Positions 8,583 through 17,698 of a DNA stretch of 64,000 nucleotides are shown one piece after another; positions within the stretch are counted from its first letter, which is position 1, and each line of letters begins with the position of its first letter. The DNA is taken from NCBI GenBank assembly GCA_028722305.1, contig JAQYHB010000019.1, forward strand, positions 21,421-85,420, in the 5' to 3' direction. A model generated the notes under the pieces. It was not told where the DNA came from. It saw nothing but the letters and a program-made list of their open reading frames with translations, and did not search any database. This DNA is from Spirochaetales bacterium. Lineage in GTDB: Bacteria > Spirochaetota > Spirochaetia > Sphaerochaetales > Sphaerochaetaceae. Both the position numbers and the translations under genes were made by a program.

Positions 8583-9458
8583 TCGCACGTTCCCCTGGTT
8601 GCGCCCTAGTCCACAGACAGCATGCCACCGTACCACAAACCACCACGACCACGTTCCTCGTTCCCCTCCATCCGGAGTCCATGCGTCGAGTTCTTTCGGG
8701 TTGCATATGTGGCCGGGCACACCGGCAGGTATGTATGATGCAGCGAGAATGTTTGTCCACTCCCAAGCATTCTCTCCTCCCTGGCGCGAAGGAAATCGAT
8801 GTGCCCCCACCGGCTGTCCGCATTTCAAAGGAACAGGCTGGAACAACGTTCCGTGTCCCTTTGAATGGTTTCCTGAATCGCCGCTTGCCACTCTTCCAGA
8901 ATTGTCCAACCCAGGCAGGTGTTTTTCGAGGTTCCACTTTGACCTGAAACCTCTGTTTGCCCGCTATTGGTGCTTCAGAAATCCATGCATCTCTTTGTGC
9001 AGGGCGTGGCAAGTCTTTGAACCGGAACCTTCTTTCCAGGCAGGAGCAGGAACATGGGATACTACACGTTCCGATGCATATGCCATGTATGATACGCCAG
9101 CAAGCGTTGATTGCTTGTAGGCGCGAGGCTGTCCTTCTTTCATTCCCATATGAAAACCAGTTTGGGTTATCAAACGCCTTTTCCCGGCCCTGGTCATTCC
9201 CCTTTTATAGTAAAAAATTGCTCAACATGATATCGAATCGGGAAGGCAATCTCCGGCACGTCCTACCCTATGGTTGTGCGTTGCGACCATTTTGGTCCCA
9301 TGGATATTCCCCCTCTCGCCGAAGCGGATGGCATGTTGCAAGTAAAGCGGAAGGGTGATAGATGCATAGGAAAAGCTGGAACCCAGATGGTTACCTACCG
9401 CGAATTTTTTGAAATCCCAAGGCTGTGCTTTGATGCGTCTGCCTATCCTTGAGGCCCC
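8583..9458 (-). pseudogene. possible decayed gene (function unknown)
   Basis: One minus-strand frame is open for 292 codons with only two stops (TGA 9222-9224, TAG 8964-8966). The top strand is C-rich like the flanking minus-strand genes. The translation is not recognisable, and other frames are also stop-poor. Confidence 0.25.
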
Positions 9459-10095
9459 TCAATCCCTTACGCCTCAGGCCTGGCAAAGACACGCGTACGT
9501 TCGTCTTTCCCTATCCCCATAGACTCGCTGAAATCCTATGTCCTTCGCGAATTCCCGGGACAACAAATGGTTTGCAAACCACCCTGCGGAAAAATCGTAT
9601 TGGGATTTCAGGAAAGCGGCATCTATACCTCTCCTGTCCCCCTGCTTGGACAAAAAGGAATATCAGAAGGAATCCTAACGATATTCTTTTCTGCCTGGCC
9701 AGACACATCACACGCACAGCCATCCAACCACCAAGTCTTTCTCACGTTCTTCGTTGCCTGGATACAATGCGAGATGAATGCACATGCGTATACGCATACA
9801 AGTTTCCTGTCGGATTAAGGTCTCAATACAAGGCTTGCCTTGGTTTCCTTTGCTGTCTAAGGAACCGCGTTGCTCGTTCCCTATGCGGTGAAGCCAAGTT
9901 AGGAATCCTTTTCAACCATCGAACACGCTCAGGGTAAATGGAAATAGGAAGACATTTCCCCTTTCATTACAACCAATTGAAATTAGTTTGTTGTGCTTGT
10001 TAATCGTGGTTCCGAAGAACCAAACCCCAGAGGGAGAACCATTGGCCTTTCCATGATTCAGGAGAAAGTAAGAACTGCTTACGATGCCTGGTTTG

Positions 10096-10137
10096 GGAAA
10101 AACAAATCCCCCGTAGCGGGAATCCACACGGGGGATT
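10096..10137 (-). terminator. Rho-independent terminator of the GH4 gene
   Basis: Perfect 10-bp stem AATCCCCCGT/ACGGGGGATT (10105-10114 / 10128-10137). On the minus strand it is followed by TGTTTTTCCC, 8 nt after the GH4 stop. Confidence 0.75.
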
Positions 10138-10144
10138 GAAGAGT

Positions 10145-11488
10145 TCAGTAGTCCAGCTTGCAGGCGCCGAGCATCTTATCGAAGAGCTCGTGGGCTTGGG
10201 AAAGAGGAATGGTGACCAACGGGTCGTTGACGAAAGCCTGGAAAAGCAGGCCGTCATCTTGCTCGCAAACCGCATCCAAGGTCATCTGTTGCACGTCGCT
10301 GACATGGCTGATCATCTGCTGGACGGAAAGCGGCGGATTGTTTGCCACCGAGGGGACAATCTCGTCTTTCCTGAGATAGTTCATTGTCTCGACGATTCTC
10401 CCCCTCGGCAGGAACGACACCTGCCCGACGTTGGGACGGTTCATGTTGGTGTAGAGCGTCCGATCCCCCATCAAGGAACGCATGATATCAACCCCTTCCT
10501 CGTCAGTCGGCTTGCTCTTCAGTTCCTCGTCGGTAAAGACCTTGTTCAGCTTGCGGTCGCGCTCCGAGAGTCTCCATTCGTATGGAGTGCGGACCACGCC
10601 GTAACGCCACAGCTCTTTCTCGTCACGGAGAATCCAGGGAATGAACTCCGAAAGATGGCGATCTCCGGCAGCGCCAAGAGCGCCGAAATCCCGAAGCAGG
10701 GCAAGGGCGACCAGATGGTCGCAGTCGAACCACTTCTTCCCCTCGATCCGCTCCATCGCGACCTTGGTCTCGTCGGGGAACGTCTTCGGATCATGGGCCA
10801 GTTCCTCAAGTTTCGGCATCAAATTATTGCCATTCCAAGCTGCCTTGGTAATCCAGGTGAAATGGTTCACGCCGGTGATGTCGACCTCGATGTCACGCCG
10901 GTCCGGACGGGGCACGTCGAACCACTGCGCCACCTTGTCGGCGATGAAGTTCTCCAGATGGAAAACCTCGTGGCAGCATCCCAAGGCCTTGATACCGGGC
11001 CACTCCCTGAACAGGGCCGCGGTGCACAGCGTCATCGGGTTGGTGTAGTTGATGACCCAGGCGTCCGGGCAGTGAGCCTTGATTTCCTTGGCGAACCCAG
11101 TGAACAGTGGAATCGAGCGACGGGCTCTCATGATGCCGCCAGGACCAGTGGTATCGCCAACCGTCTCCAGGATACCGTACTGCTCGGGAAGCACAAGGTC
11201 TCCCCAGCGGCATTCCGTACGACCCGGCTCGATGGAGATGATGACCAGGTTGCAGCCATCGAGGGCTTTGCCGATTTCCTTTTCGGCGACGACCTTCACG
11301 TGCCCTTCCCAGTGGTTCACCTTGAAACACTGCTCGGCGACGCCGACATTGCGTTTGGCCGCATCATAATCCCGGTCATAGAGCACCAAGGTACCGGTAA
11401 TATCATCATGCATGGTCAGGTCCCGCATGAACTCGATTGCCCACATGCGGCTACCGCCACCGATTATACAAATACGAACATCCTTCAC
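10145..11488 (-). CDS. glycoside hydrolase family 4 (NAD/Mn-dependent alpha-glucosidase/alpha-galacturonidase type)
   Basis: N-terminal Rossmann motif KDVRICIIGGGS, plus INYTNPM and GCCHE motifs of GH4. Preferred start is GTG 11488, with AAGGAGG (11498-11504) 9 nt upstream. The track start ATG 11533 has no SD. Confidence 0.85.
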   Translation of the reverse strand: MKDVRICIIGGGSRMWAIEFMRDLTMHDDITGTLVLYDRDYDAAKRNVGVAEQCFKVNHWEGHVKVVAEKEIGKALDGCNLVIISIEPGRTECRWGDLVLPEQYGILETVGDTTGPGGIMRARRSIPLFTGFAKEIKAHCPDAWVINYTNPMTLCTAALFREWPGIKALGCCHEVFHLENFIADKVAQWFDVPRPDRRDIEVDITGVNHFTWITKAAWNGNNLMPKLEELAHDPKTFPDETKVAMERIEGKKWFDCDHLVALALLRDFGALGAAGDRHLSEFIPWILRDEKELWRYGVVRTPYEWRLSERDRKLNKVFTDEELKSKPTDEEGVDIMRSLMGDRTLYTNMNRPNVGQVSFLPRGRIVETMNYLRKDEIVPSVANNPPLSVQQMISHVSDVQQMTLDAVCEQDDGLLFQAFVNDPLVTIPLSQAHELFDKMLGACKLDY

Positions 11489-11625
11489 AGGGTATGCCCT
11501 CCTTACGGTATTCCCTATTATCCCCATTTCCATTGGGAATAACCACCACGCTTTTCATGCAGAACTGTATCTTTTCTTGTTCTCTTTTCCCCATATTCCA
11601 GCGGGAGTGATGTATAATCGGAGCC

Positions 11626-12372
11626 ATGTACCAATTGATCATCGTCGACGACGAGGAAGAACTCCGCGAGGGTCTTTCCTCCTGCTTTCCCTGGCAGGCA
11701 CATGGATTCGTAGTAGCAGGAACCTTTGGCGACTGCCGTTCTGCCGTCGCTTTCTGCCTGGAACATCCGGTCGACGTGGTCCTCTCCGACATCCGCATGC
11801 CCTTCCAATCGGGTTTTGACCTGATCCAGACATTGAAAGACCAAGGGAAGACCCCCCTCTTCTGCATCATGAGCGCCTATAGCGAGTTCACCTATGCCCA
11901 GCAGGCACTTCGTCTTGGAGTCGAAGACTATCTGGTCAAACCGGCCTCGTTCGACGATATCGCTGCGACAATGGGGAAACTCAAGGCGAAACTGGATGGA
12001 AAGCCCACGCTCCCCGGCGAAGAAACGGAAACTACGGTGGACAACCCGATGATTTCCAGGGCTATCTCAATCATCCGCCGAAAGACGGGAAGCTGCTCAC
12101 TGCAATCGGTAGCGGGAGAGCTTTCCATCAGCCAAAGCTATCTTTCCCGCCTCTTCAAGGAAACAATGGGGAGCACCTTCCAGAACTACCTGCTGCAGAC
12201 CCGTATGCGACAAGCGGCGGACATGCTGAGAAGCGGGCAGAAATACACCAACAAGGAAATCGCCACAGCCCTTGGGTACCAGGACACCCAGAACTTCTGC
12301 CGTACCTTCCGCCGCTACTGGAACACCACGCCGCAACAGTTCAAGAAGCGGGCCGTTCACTCGGGAAAGTAA
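11626..12372 (+). CDS. response regulator with AraC-type HTH output (YesN-like), no adjacent kinase
   Basis: REC domain (YQLIIVDDEEELREG...VVLSDIRMP...KP) followed by an AraC HTH (SQSYLSRLFKE...GYQDTQNFCRTFRRYWNTTPQQFKK). Confidence 0.85.
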   Translation: MYQLIIVDDEEELREGLSSCFPWQAHGFVVAGTFGDCRSAVAFCLEHPVDVVLSDIRMPFQSGFDLIQTLKDQGKTPLFCIMSAYSEFTYAQQALRLGVEDYLVKPASFDDIAATMGKLKAKLDGKPTLPGEETETTVDNPMISRAISIIRRKTGSCSLQSVAGELSISQSYLSRLFKETMGSTFQNYLLQTRMRQAADMLRSGQKYTNKEIATALGYQDTQNFCRTFRRYWNTTPQQFKKRAVHSGK

Positions 12373-13262
12373 ATTCTCTTGGCCGTTCCATACCAGACAA
12401 GATGTTGCTCCTCTTCCGTGAAGGAAGGCATCAGATAATCGATCAGTCGCGCCATCGGCACCTTGCAGAGCGTGCTCGGACTGTCGGTACCCCACATCAG
12501 GTGGTCGGCTCCCACAATCTCCTTTGCCATGGCGGCGTACCTCTGCGCCACAGGGAACGGGTATTCGCCCGGCCGAGTCTTCCAGAACAACGCGGCAAGG
12601 TCGAAGTAGATGTTCGGCATACGAAGGATACCAAGCTTCTTGACCATAAGTTCCTGTTGTGTCTGCCGTGGACCCGCGAGGTGGCAGATGACGATGGTCA
12701 AATCGGGAAAAGCCATGGCGACATGCCTGAGCGCCTCCGGTTGGTTGCTCTCCTCTTCCATGCAGCCGATATCAAAGGCGATGACAGGATGCTTCTTGCG
12801 GGAAATCTTCTCGTAAAAGCGCATCATCACCTCCCCGTCCAGCGGGAAGGTATGGTGGATCCCCATCAGCCCATTGCCCATCGAGACCTCGAACTTGAAG
12901 ATGCGGAAGGTCTCAAGCAGATGGTCGCAGACCGCTTCCGCCTTACGGCAAAACGGATCGAAGGTCGCGGCCCCGGCAAAACGCCCTGGATACTTCCGGA
13001 CACATTCGGCGACATACTCGTTCTCGAATCCAAGCATGCCCCCCTGTAGCAGCACCGCGCGCTCGATATGGTAGGTATCCATGACCCCAAGGTAGGTCTC
13101 CGCCGGAAATGTCCGGTCTCCCATTCCTTCGGGAATCACCCTCTGCTCGCTGCCATCTGCCCAACGGACCATACCGTCCCCAAGAGGACGCATCTCCCCA
13201 ACGCTTCCGAATCCACGCAACATATCGAAGACATGCGCGTGTGCGTCAATGATTGTTTCCAT
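12357..13262 (-). CDS. amidohydrolase-2 family metal-dependent hydrolase (possible sugar lactonase)
   Basis: N-terminal IIDAHAHVFD motif and TIM-barrel hydrolase-like sequence. Sits directly downstream of the dehydratase in the same orientation. ATG 13262 is preferred; the track start 13298 is a TTG abutting the upstream stop. Confidence 0.8.
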   Translation of the reverse strand: METIIDAHAHVFDMLRGFGSVGEMRPLGDGMVRWADGSEQRVIPEGMGDRTFPAETYLGVMDTYHIERAVLLQGGMLGFENEYVAECVRKYPGRFAGAATFDPFCRKAEAVCDHLLETFRIFKFEVSMGNGLMGIHHTFPLDGEVMMRFYEKISRKKHPVIAFDIGCMEEESNQPEALRHVAMAFPDLTIVICHLAGPRQTQQELMVKKLGILRMPNIYFDLAALFWKTRPGEYPFPVAQRYAAMAKEIVGADHLMWGTDSPSTLCKVPMARLIDYLMPSFTEEEQHLVWYGTAKRIYFPE

Positions 13263-13298
13263 GCTCCAAAGTCTGCGGCCAACGGGTTTGCCTGTCAA

Positions 13299-15056
13299 TT
13301 ATTTCCCGTACTCCAGGTAGGCTCCTTGCATCGGGCTTGCCGCAAGCTCGGAGAACAGCCTCAGCACGCCTTTCTCGTAGCGGGGTTCCGGCCTGTGCCA
13401 GCGCTTTTTCCGTTCGGCAAGGACCTTCGCGATTTCTTCCGGGGCCTTCCGCACCCCGGCGATGCCGACGATGTCAAGCTTCCGTTTCCCGACATCAATC
13501 TCGATCAGGTCCCCTTCCTCGACAAGGGCGATGGGGCCGCCGGTAACCGCTTCCGGGCTCACATGGCCGATTACCGGCCCCGTAGAAGCTCCGGAGAACC
13601 TTCCGTCGGTGATCAATGCAATCGACCGCCCAAGTTCCTTGTCGCTGGAGATGGCCTCGGAGGTATAGAACATCTCGGGCATGCCGGAACCTTTCGGCCC
13701 CTCATACCTGATGAACACGGCGTCCCCTTTGCGCACCCTGTGGTGCAGTACCGCATCAAGGCACGCCTCCTCGCTGTCGAACGGGCGTGCCCTGAGCACT
13801 GCCTTGAACATCTCCTTCGGACAGGCGGTATGCTTGATGACGGCGCCCTCTGGAGCAAGATTACCTTTCAATACCGCGATGCTCCCTTCCCTGCCGATCG
13901 GCTTGGTGGAAGGACGGATGATATCCTGCCAGACCAGTTTGGCCTGGTAGCGCTGGTTGAATTCCCTGAGACCCTCTTCGGCTCGGTCATAGAACCCGTT
14001 TTCCTTCAGTTCCTCAAGATTTTCTCCGAGGGTTTTCCCAGTGACCGTCATGCAGTCCAGGTGGAGCTTGTCCTTGATCTGCTGCATGATCCGTGGCACT
14101 CCTCCGGCGTAGAAGAAACACTCAGCCGGCCAGCGTCCTGCCGGACGTATATCCAAAAGGTACAGGGCGCCACGATGGAGACGGTCGAAATCCTCTCCGG
14201 TAATCTCGATGCCAAGCTCATGGGCGATTGCCGGCACATGGAGCAGCGCGTTGGTGCTCCCCGAGATCGCCGCATGGACCAGAATGGCGTTCTCAAAGCT
14301 CTCCTTCGTCACGATCCGTGACGGTCTCATCGCCTCGTTTCCCGCGATTTCGACAGCTCGTCTGCCAGCTTTCACTGCATAATCAAGAAGTTCTTTGCTG
14401 GTAGCGGGCATCAAAGCGGATCCAGGCAAGGCAAGTCCCAACGCCTCGCTCATGATCTGCATGGTGCTCGCCGTACCGATGAAGGAACAGGCGCCGCAGG
14501 AAGGACAGGCATTCTGCTTGGCCCATTCCAGCTCGCTCTCGGGAATTTCCCCGCGCTCATACTTCGCGCTGTAGAAGCCGAGTTGCTCCAGCGTCAGCAT
14601 CTTCGGACCTGCGTGCATCGTCCCTCCGGGAACGACGATGGAAGGAATGTCAACCCTGCACAGCCCGATCAGGTTGCCCGGCATCCCCTTGTCGCAACTG
14701 GCGATAAAGACACCGCTGTCAAACGGAGTGGCGTTCGCGTGGATCTCGATCATGTTGGCGATCATCTCCCTGCTGGCAAGGGAGAAGTTGATTCCGTCGG
14801 TTCCCTGGCTCTCTCCGTCACAGATATCGGTGCAGAAATACCGGGCGCCAAACCCACCAGCATCGCGGATACCCTTCCGAACCGCGTCGACCAGCTTGTC
14901 CAGATGGCCCGAACCCGGATGACTGTCCCCGAACGTGCTCTCAATCAAGACCTGAGGCTTGGACAGGTCTTCTCTCTTCCATCCCGTTCCCAGACGAAGT
15001 GGGTCCCACTCGGGGGCAAGCTTCCGCATTGATTGGCTTGGCAAAATATGTATCAT
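13299..15056 (-). CDS. IlvD/Edd-family dehydratase, aldonate (pentonate/hexonate) dehydratase type
   Basis: 585 aa with IlvD/Edd motifs ([37 protein letters not shown]). A canonical ilvD exists separately at 54356-56053, so this copy is the catabolic paralogue. Confidence 0.9.
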   Translation of the reverse strand: MIHILPSQSMRKLAPEWDPLRLGTGWKREDLSKPQVLIESTFGDSHPGSGHLDKLVDAVRKGIRDAGGFGARYFCTDICDGESQGTDGINFSLASREMIANMIEIHANATPFDSGVFIASCDKGMPGNLIGLCRVDIPSIVVPGGTMHAGPKMLTLEQLGFYSAKYERGEIPESELEWAKQNACPSCGACSFIGTASTMQIMSEALGLALPGSALMPATSKELLDYAVKAGRRAVEIAGNEAMRPSRIVTKESFENAILVHAAISGSTNALLHVPAIAHELGIEITGEDFDRLHRGALYLLDIRPAGRWPAECFFYAGGVPRIMQQIKDKLHLDCMTVTGKTLGENLEELKENGFYDRAEEGLREFNQRYQAKLVWQDIIRPSTKPIGREGSIAVLKGNLAPEGAVIKHTACPKEMFKAVLRARPFDSEEACLDAVLHHRVRKGDAVFIRYEGPKGSGMPEMFYTSEAISSDKELGRSIALITDGRFSGASTGPVIGHVSPEAVTGGPIALVEEGDLIEIDVGKRKLDIVGIAGVRKAPEEIAKVLAERKKRWHRPEPRYEKGVLRLFSELAASPMQGAYLEYGK

Positions 15057-15371
15057 ATGTTTCTCCTAGACGATTTCCCATCAATACATCGCGCGAAGAG
15101 ACATTCTGTATGGTGTCATCGCCTGTTGAATCTCTGGTATCTGTATAGGAATCTCCCTTTGGATGCTGGATGAGTATTATATAGTCCGGTTTCCCCGTCT
15201 TCAAAAGAATAGAGATGGAATTCCCGCTCATGTCTTATTTGTGCCAATGCCGGCAGTATCAGAAAATGGACATATGGACTGTACAGACATAAACCTTAAA
15301 ATTTTATTTCAATATATTGTGATGTTGTTAATTCATTGTTCATCTTCAGCACTTTCTGCCTACTTTAATAA

Positions 15372-15584
15372 TTAATTTTCAGAACTGATCCTCTTCCATA
15401 CCCAAAAACCGCCATAGACAATTCCCGTTACTATTGCAGCACTTACAAGGAATACCGCAGTATGGACCAACAGATTCCCTTCATCCCCGCTGGTCATACG
15501 AAGATATGTATCTGCGACAGTTCCTGCTGCAAGGCCTGTGCAAAGGCTGATTTTTCTCTGCTTTTGCTGATTTCTCTTTGTCAT
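15372..15584 (-). CDS. hypothetical small membrane protein
   Basis: 70 aa from MTKRNQQKQRK, with two hydrophobic segments. Lies in a low-GC patch. No SD or homology recognised. Confidence 0.2.
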   Translation of the reverse strand: MTKRNQQKQRKISLCTGLAAGTVADTYLRMTSGDEGNLLVHTAVFLVSAAIVTGIVYGGFWVWKRISSEN

Positions 15585-15661
15585 ACCTGTCTTCCCTCCT
15601 GCCTGTCGGCGAGCTCTACATTCTGTTCCTGTGTTATTTCTTTCTATAATGGGTCCCTTTA

Positions 15662-16030
15662 TCAAGACAATTTTAAGAAAAATACCGTGTACCCCTGCTC
15701 TGCGGAAAAAAGCTCAGGACGAGAGACATGGACATTCTCGAAAGCAGACAAAAGATATCCTTGTACCCGTTCGGAATTCACAATCGTTGTCGAGGTATCT
15801 TCAATTCTGGTGGCAAAGCCATCCATATTGATGGAAAGCAGCATTATCGAATTTGAAATGGAGCGCTTTATCTGATTTCTCATGGAATGGTAAAAAACCG
15901 TAACGACCACGATAGTGATGGCAAAGACCGGCAAAAGAGCCAATGCCAAATAGATGACAAGGTTTTGAGATGATACATGAAGCCGTAAGAACCAGCGAGG
16001 TAGTTCCCGCTGAAACCCCTTCATATTCAT
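15662..16030 (-). pseudogene. truncated N-terminal fragment of a YesM-type sensor kinase
   Basis: MNMKGF...NLVIYLALALLPVFAITIVVV...IKRSISNSIMLLSINMDGFATRIEDTSTTIVNSERVQGYL matches the TM plus extracellular-sensor N-terminus of YesM-like kinases. It stops after ~122 aa with no His-kinase or ATPase part. AT-rich relative to neighbours. Confidence 0.5.
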
Positions 16031-16338
16031 AGCCAAACGCCGTTCTCCTCTTCTTGCATGAGTACCTGTACCAGCCTTTTCCAAACATCCAGACACCATA
16101 TCAGCCGTCTATCCATCTTGTTCGGACCCGAATCCTCCACGCAATGCTAATCATATTCCAAGGTATAGACCACCGAGCGATTTGTGCCAAAGGGAAAACA
16201 GCATGCGTTGGTTCACCCCCAGCATGTGCAAGAAATGATACTTCAGGTACAAGCAAATCTTGCTATACAGGGAACGTTTTTGCCCACAAGAATGTCCGTA
16301 TACCTATTGTTCACAACCATAATCAAGGAGGTTTGTGT

Positions 16339-17625
16339 ATGAAGAAAGCCTGTTTGTTCGCTCTGCTCGCCCTTACTGCGGCCGGAACGCTGTTCGCACA
16401 GGGCGGAAAAGAAAGCAGTTCGTCGAGCGCTGCGGCACCTGCTGCCAAGCCGGTGACCCTGCGCGTTTCCTGGTGGGGCGGTGACTCCCGCCACACTCCG
16501 ACTCTGAAGGCCTTTGACCTGTACCACGAGAAGAACCCCAACGTCACCGTCAGCGGCGAGTACCAGGGATGGGATGGCTACTACCAGAAGATTGTCACCC
16601 AGCTCGCCGGCGGCACCGCGCCCGACATCATGCAGATCGACCAGCCGTGGCTCTTCGAGCTCTGCTCCCAGGGCGACGTCTTCGCCGACCTCTCCAACGA
16701 GGACCTTTCCCAGTTCGACCCGAAGTTCCTGCAGTCGATGTGCAGCTATGACGGCAAGGTCATGGGACTTCCGACCGGAACCAACGCCAACACCTTCCTG
16801 GTTGACGTCGAACTGCTAAAGAGATCCGGCATCGACCCCAACACCAAGTGGACGTGGGAAAATATCGTCACTGAGGGCAAGAAGGTCCATGAGGCCAATC
16901 CGGACTGCTACTTCGAGGCAGGCACCCCGGACCACATCCGTTTCTGGTTCGAGATGTACATGGCCCAGCTGGCCGGCTGCGTCGTCAAGTCCGACAAGAC
17001 CCTGGCCTTCAACCGCGACCAAGCGATCCAGGCCTTCACCTACTTCAAGTCCTGGTGGGACAACGGCGTTTCCGCTCCGCTTTCCAAAACCAGCCTGTTC
17101 TACCAGAAGTTCGACGACGACCCGGATTGGGTCACCGGCAAGGTGGCGGCCGCATGGACGTGGATCAGTTCCCTCGGCAAGAACATCGGAAGCCGCCAGA
17201 ACATGGAGACCCGCCAGTTCCCGGTCATGGCAGGCGCAGTCAACACGGGTGTCCTTGTCCGTCCCAGCCAGATTTTCGTCGTCAACAATAACTCGAAGAA
17301 CAAGGCTGAAGCATTGAAGCTGCTGAATTTCCTCTTCTACGACCAGGATGCCATCAAGATCCTCGGCACCGCGCGCGGCATCCCGTCGACCACCATCGGA
17401 CGCGAGCTGCTTGCCAAGGAAGGCCTGATTGACAAGCGCTCTGAAGTCGGCACCAACGAAGGTGTCGCCCAGGGTGGTGACGCGCAGAGCGTCTGGCAGA
17501 TGAACAGCCAAGTCATCCAGGTCATGCAGGACGTGATCGACCAGTTCGGGTACGGCAAGCTGACCGCCGAACAGGCCGCCGATACACTTATCGCAAACCT
17601 GAACGCCACACTCGCGGCGCTTTGA
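16339..17625 (+). CDS. ABC sugar transporter substrate-binding protein (family 1)
   Basis: ATG 16339 lies 7 nt after AAGGAGG. Signal peptide MKKACLFALLALTAAGTLFAQGG, then typical SBP_bac_1 sequence (LRVSWWGGDSRH...APDIMQID). The upstream 95 codons of track ORF 16054 are not protein-like. Confidence 0.9.
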   Translation: MKKACLFALLALTAAGTLFAQGGKESSSSSAAAPAAKPVTLRVSWWGGDSRHTPTLKAFDLYHEKNPNVTVSGEYQGWDGYYQKIVTQLAGGTAPDIMQIDQPWLFELCSQGDVFADLSNEDLSQFDPKFLQSMCSYDGKVMGLPTGTNANTFLVDVELLKRSGIDPNTKWTWENIVTEGKKVHEANPDCYFEAGTPDHIRFWFEMYMAQLAGCVVKSDKTLAFNRDQAIQAFTYFKSWWDNGVSAPLSKTSLFYQKFDDDPDWVTGKVAAAWTWISSLGKNIGSRQNMETRQFPVMAGAVNTGVLVRPSQIFVVNNNSKNKAEALKLLNFLFYDQDAIKILGTARGIPSTTIGRELLAKEGLIDKRSEVGTNEGVAQGGDAQSVWQMNSQVIQVMQDVIDQFGYGKLTAEQAADTLIANLNATLAAL

Positions 17626-17698
17626 GCCGTCGCTCGCAACGGGGGCCATCGTCGGGATGGCTCCCGCTCTTTTCCCATTCCCGACAAGGAACGTATCT

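Noticed and set aside
8059-10127. Individual 60-173-aa ORFs in the gene desert (e.g. 8075-8476, 8519-8947, 8545-9012, 8599-9120, 8957-9358, 9449-9937)
   Set aside because: They overlap one another in several frames and both strands, lack SDs, and give non-protein-like sequences. None can be preferred, so they are reported collectively as a stop-poor, possibly decayed region rather than as genes.
16054-16338. 95-codon N-terminal extension of the ABC binding-protein ORF
   Set aside because: The extension is not protein-like and lies in the low-GC promoter region. ATG 16339 has a perfect AAGGAGG SD and is followed immediately by a signal peptide.
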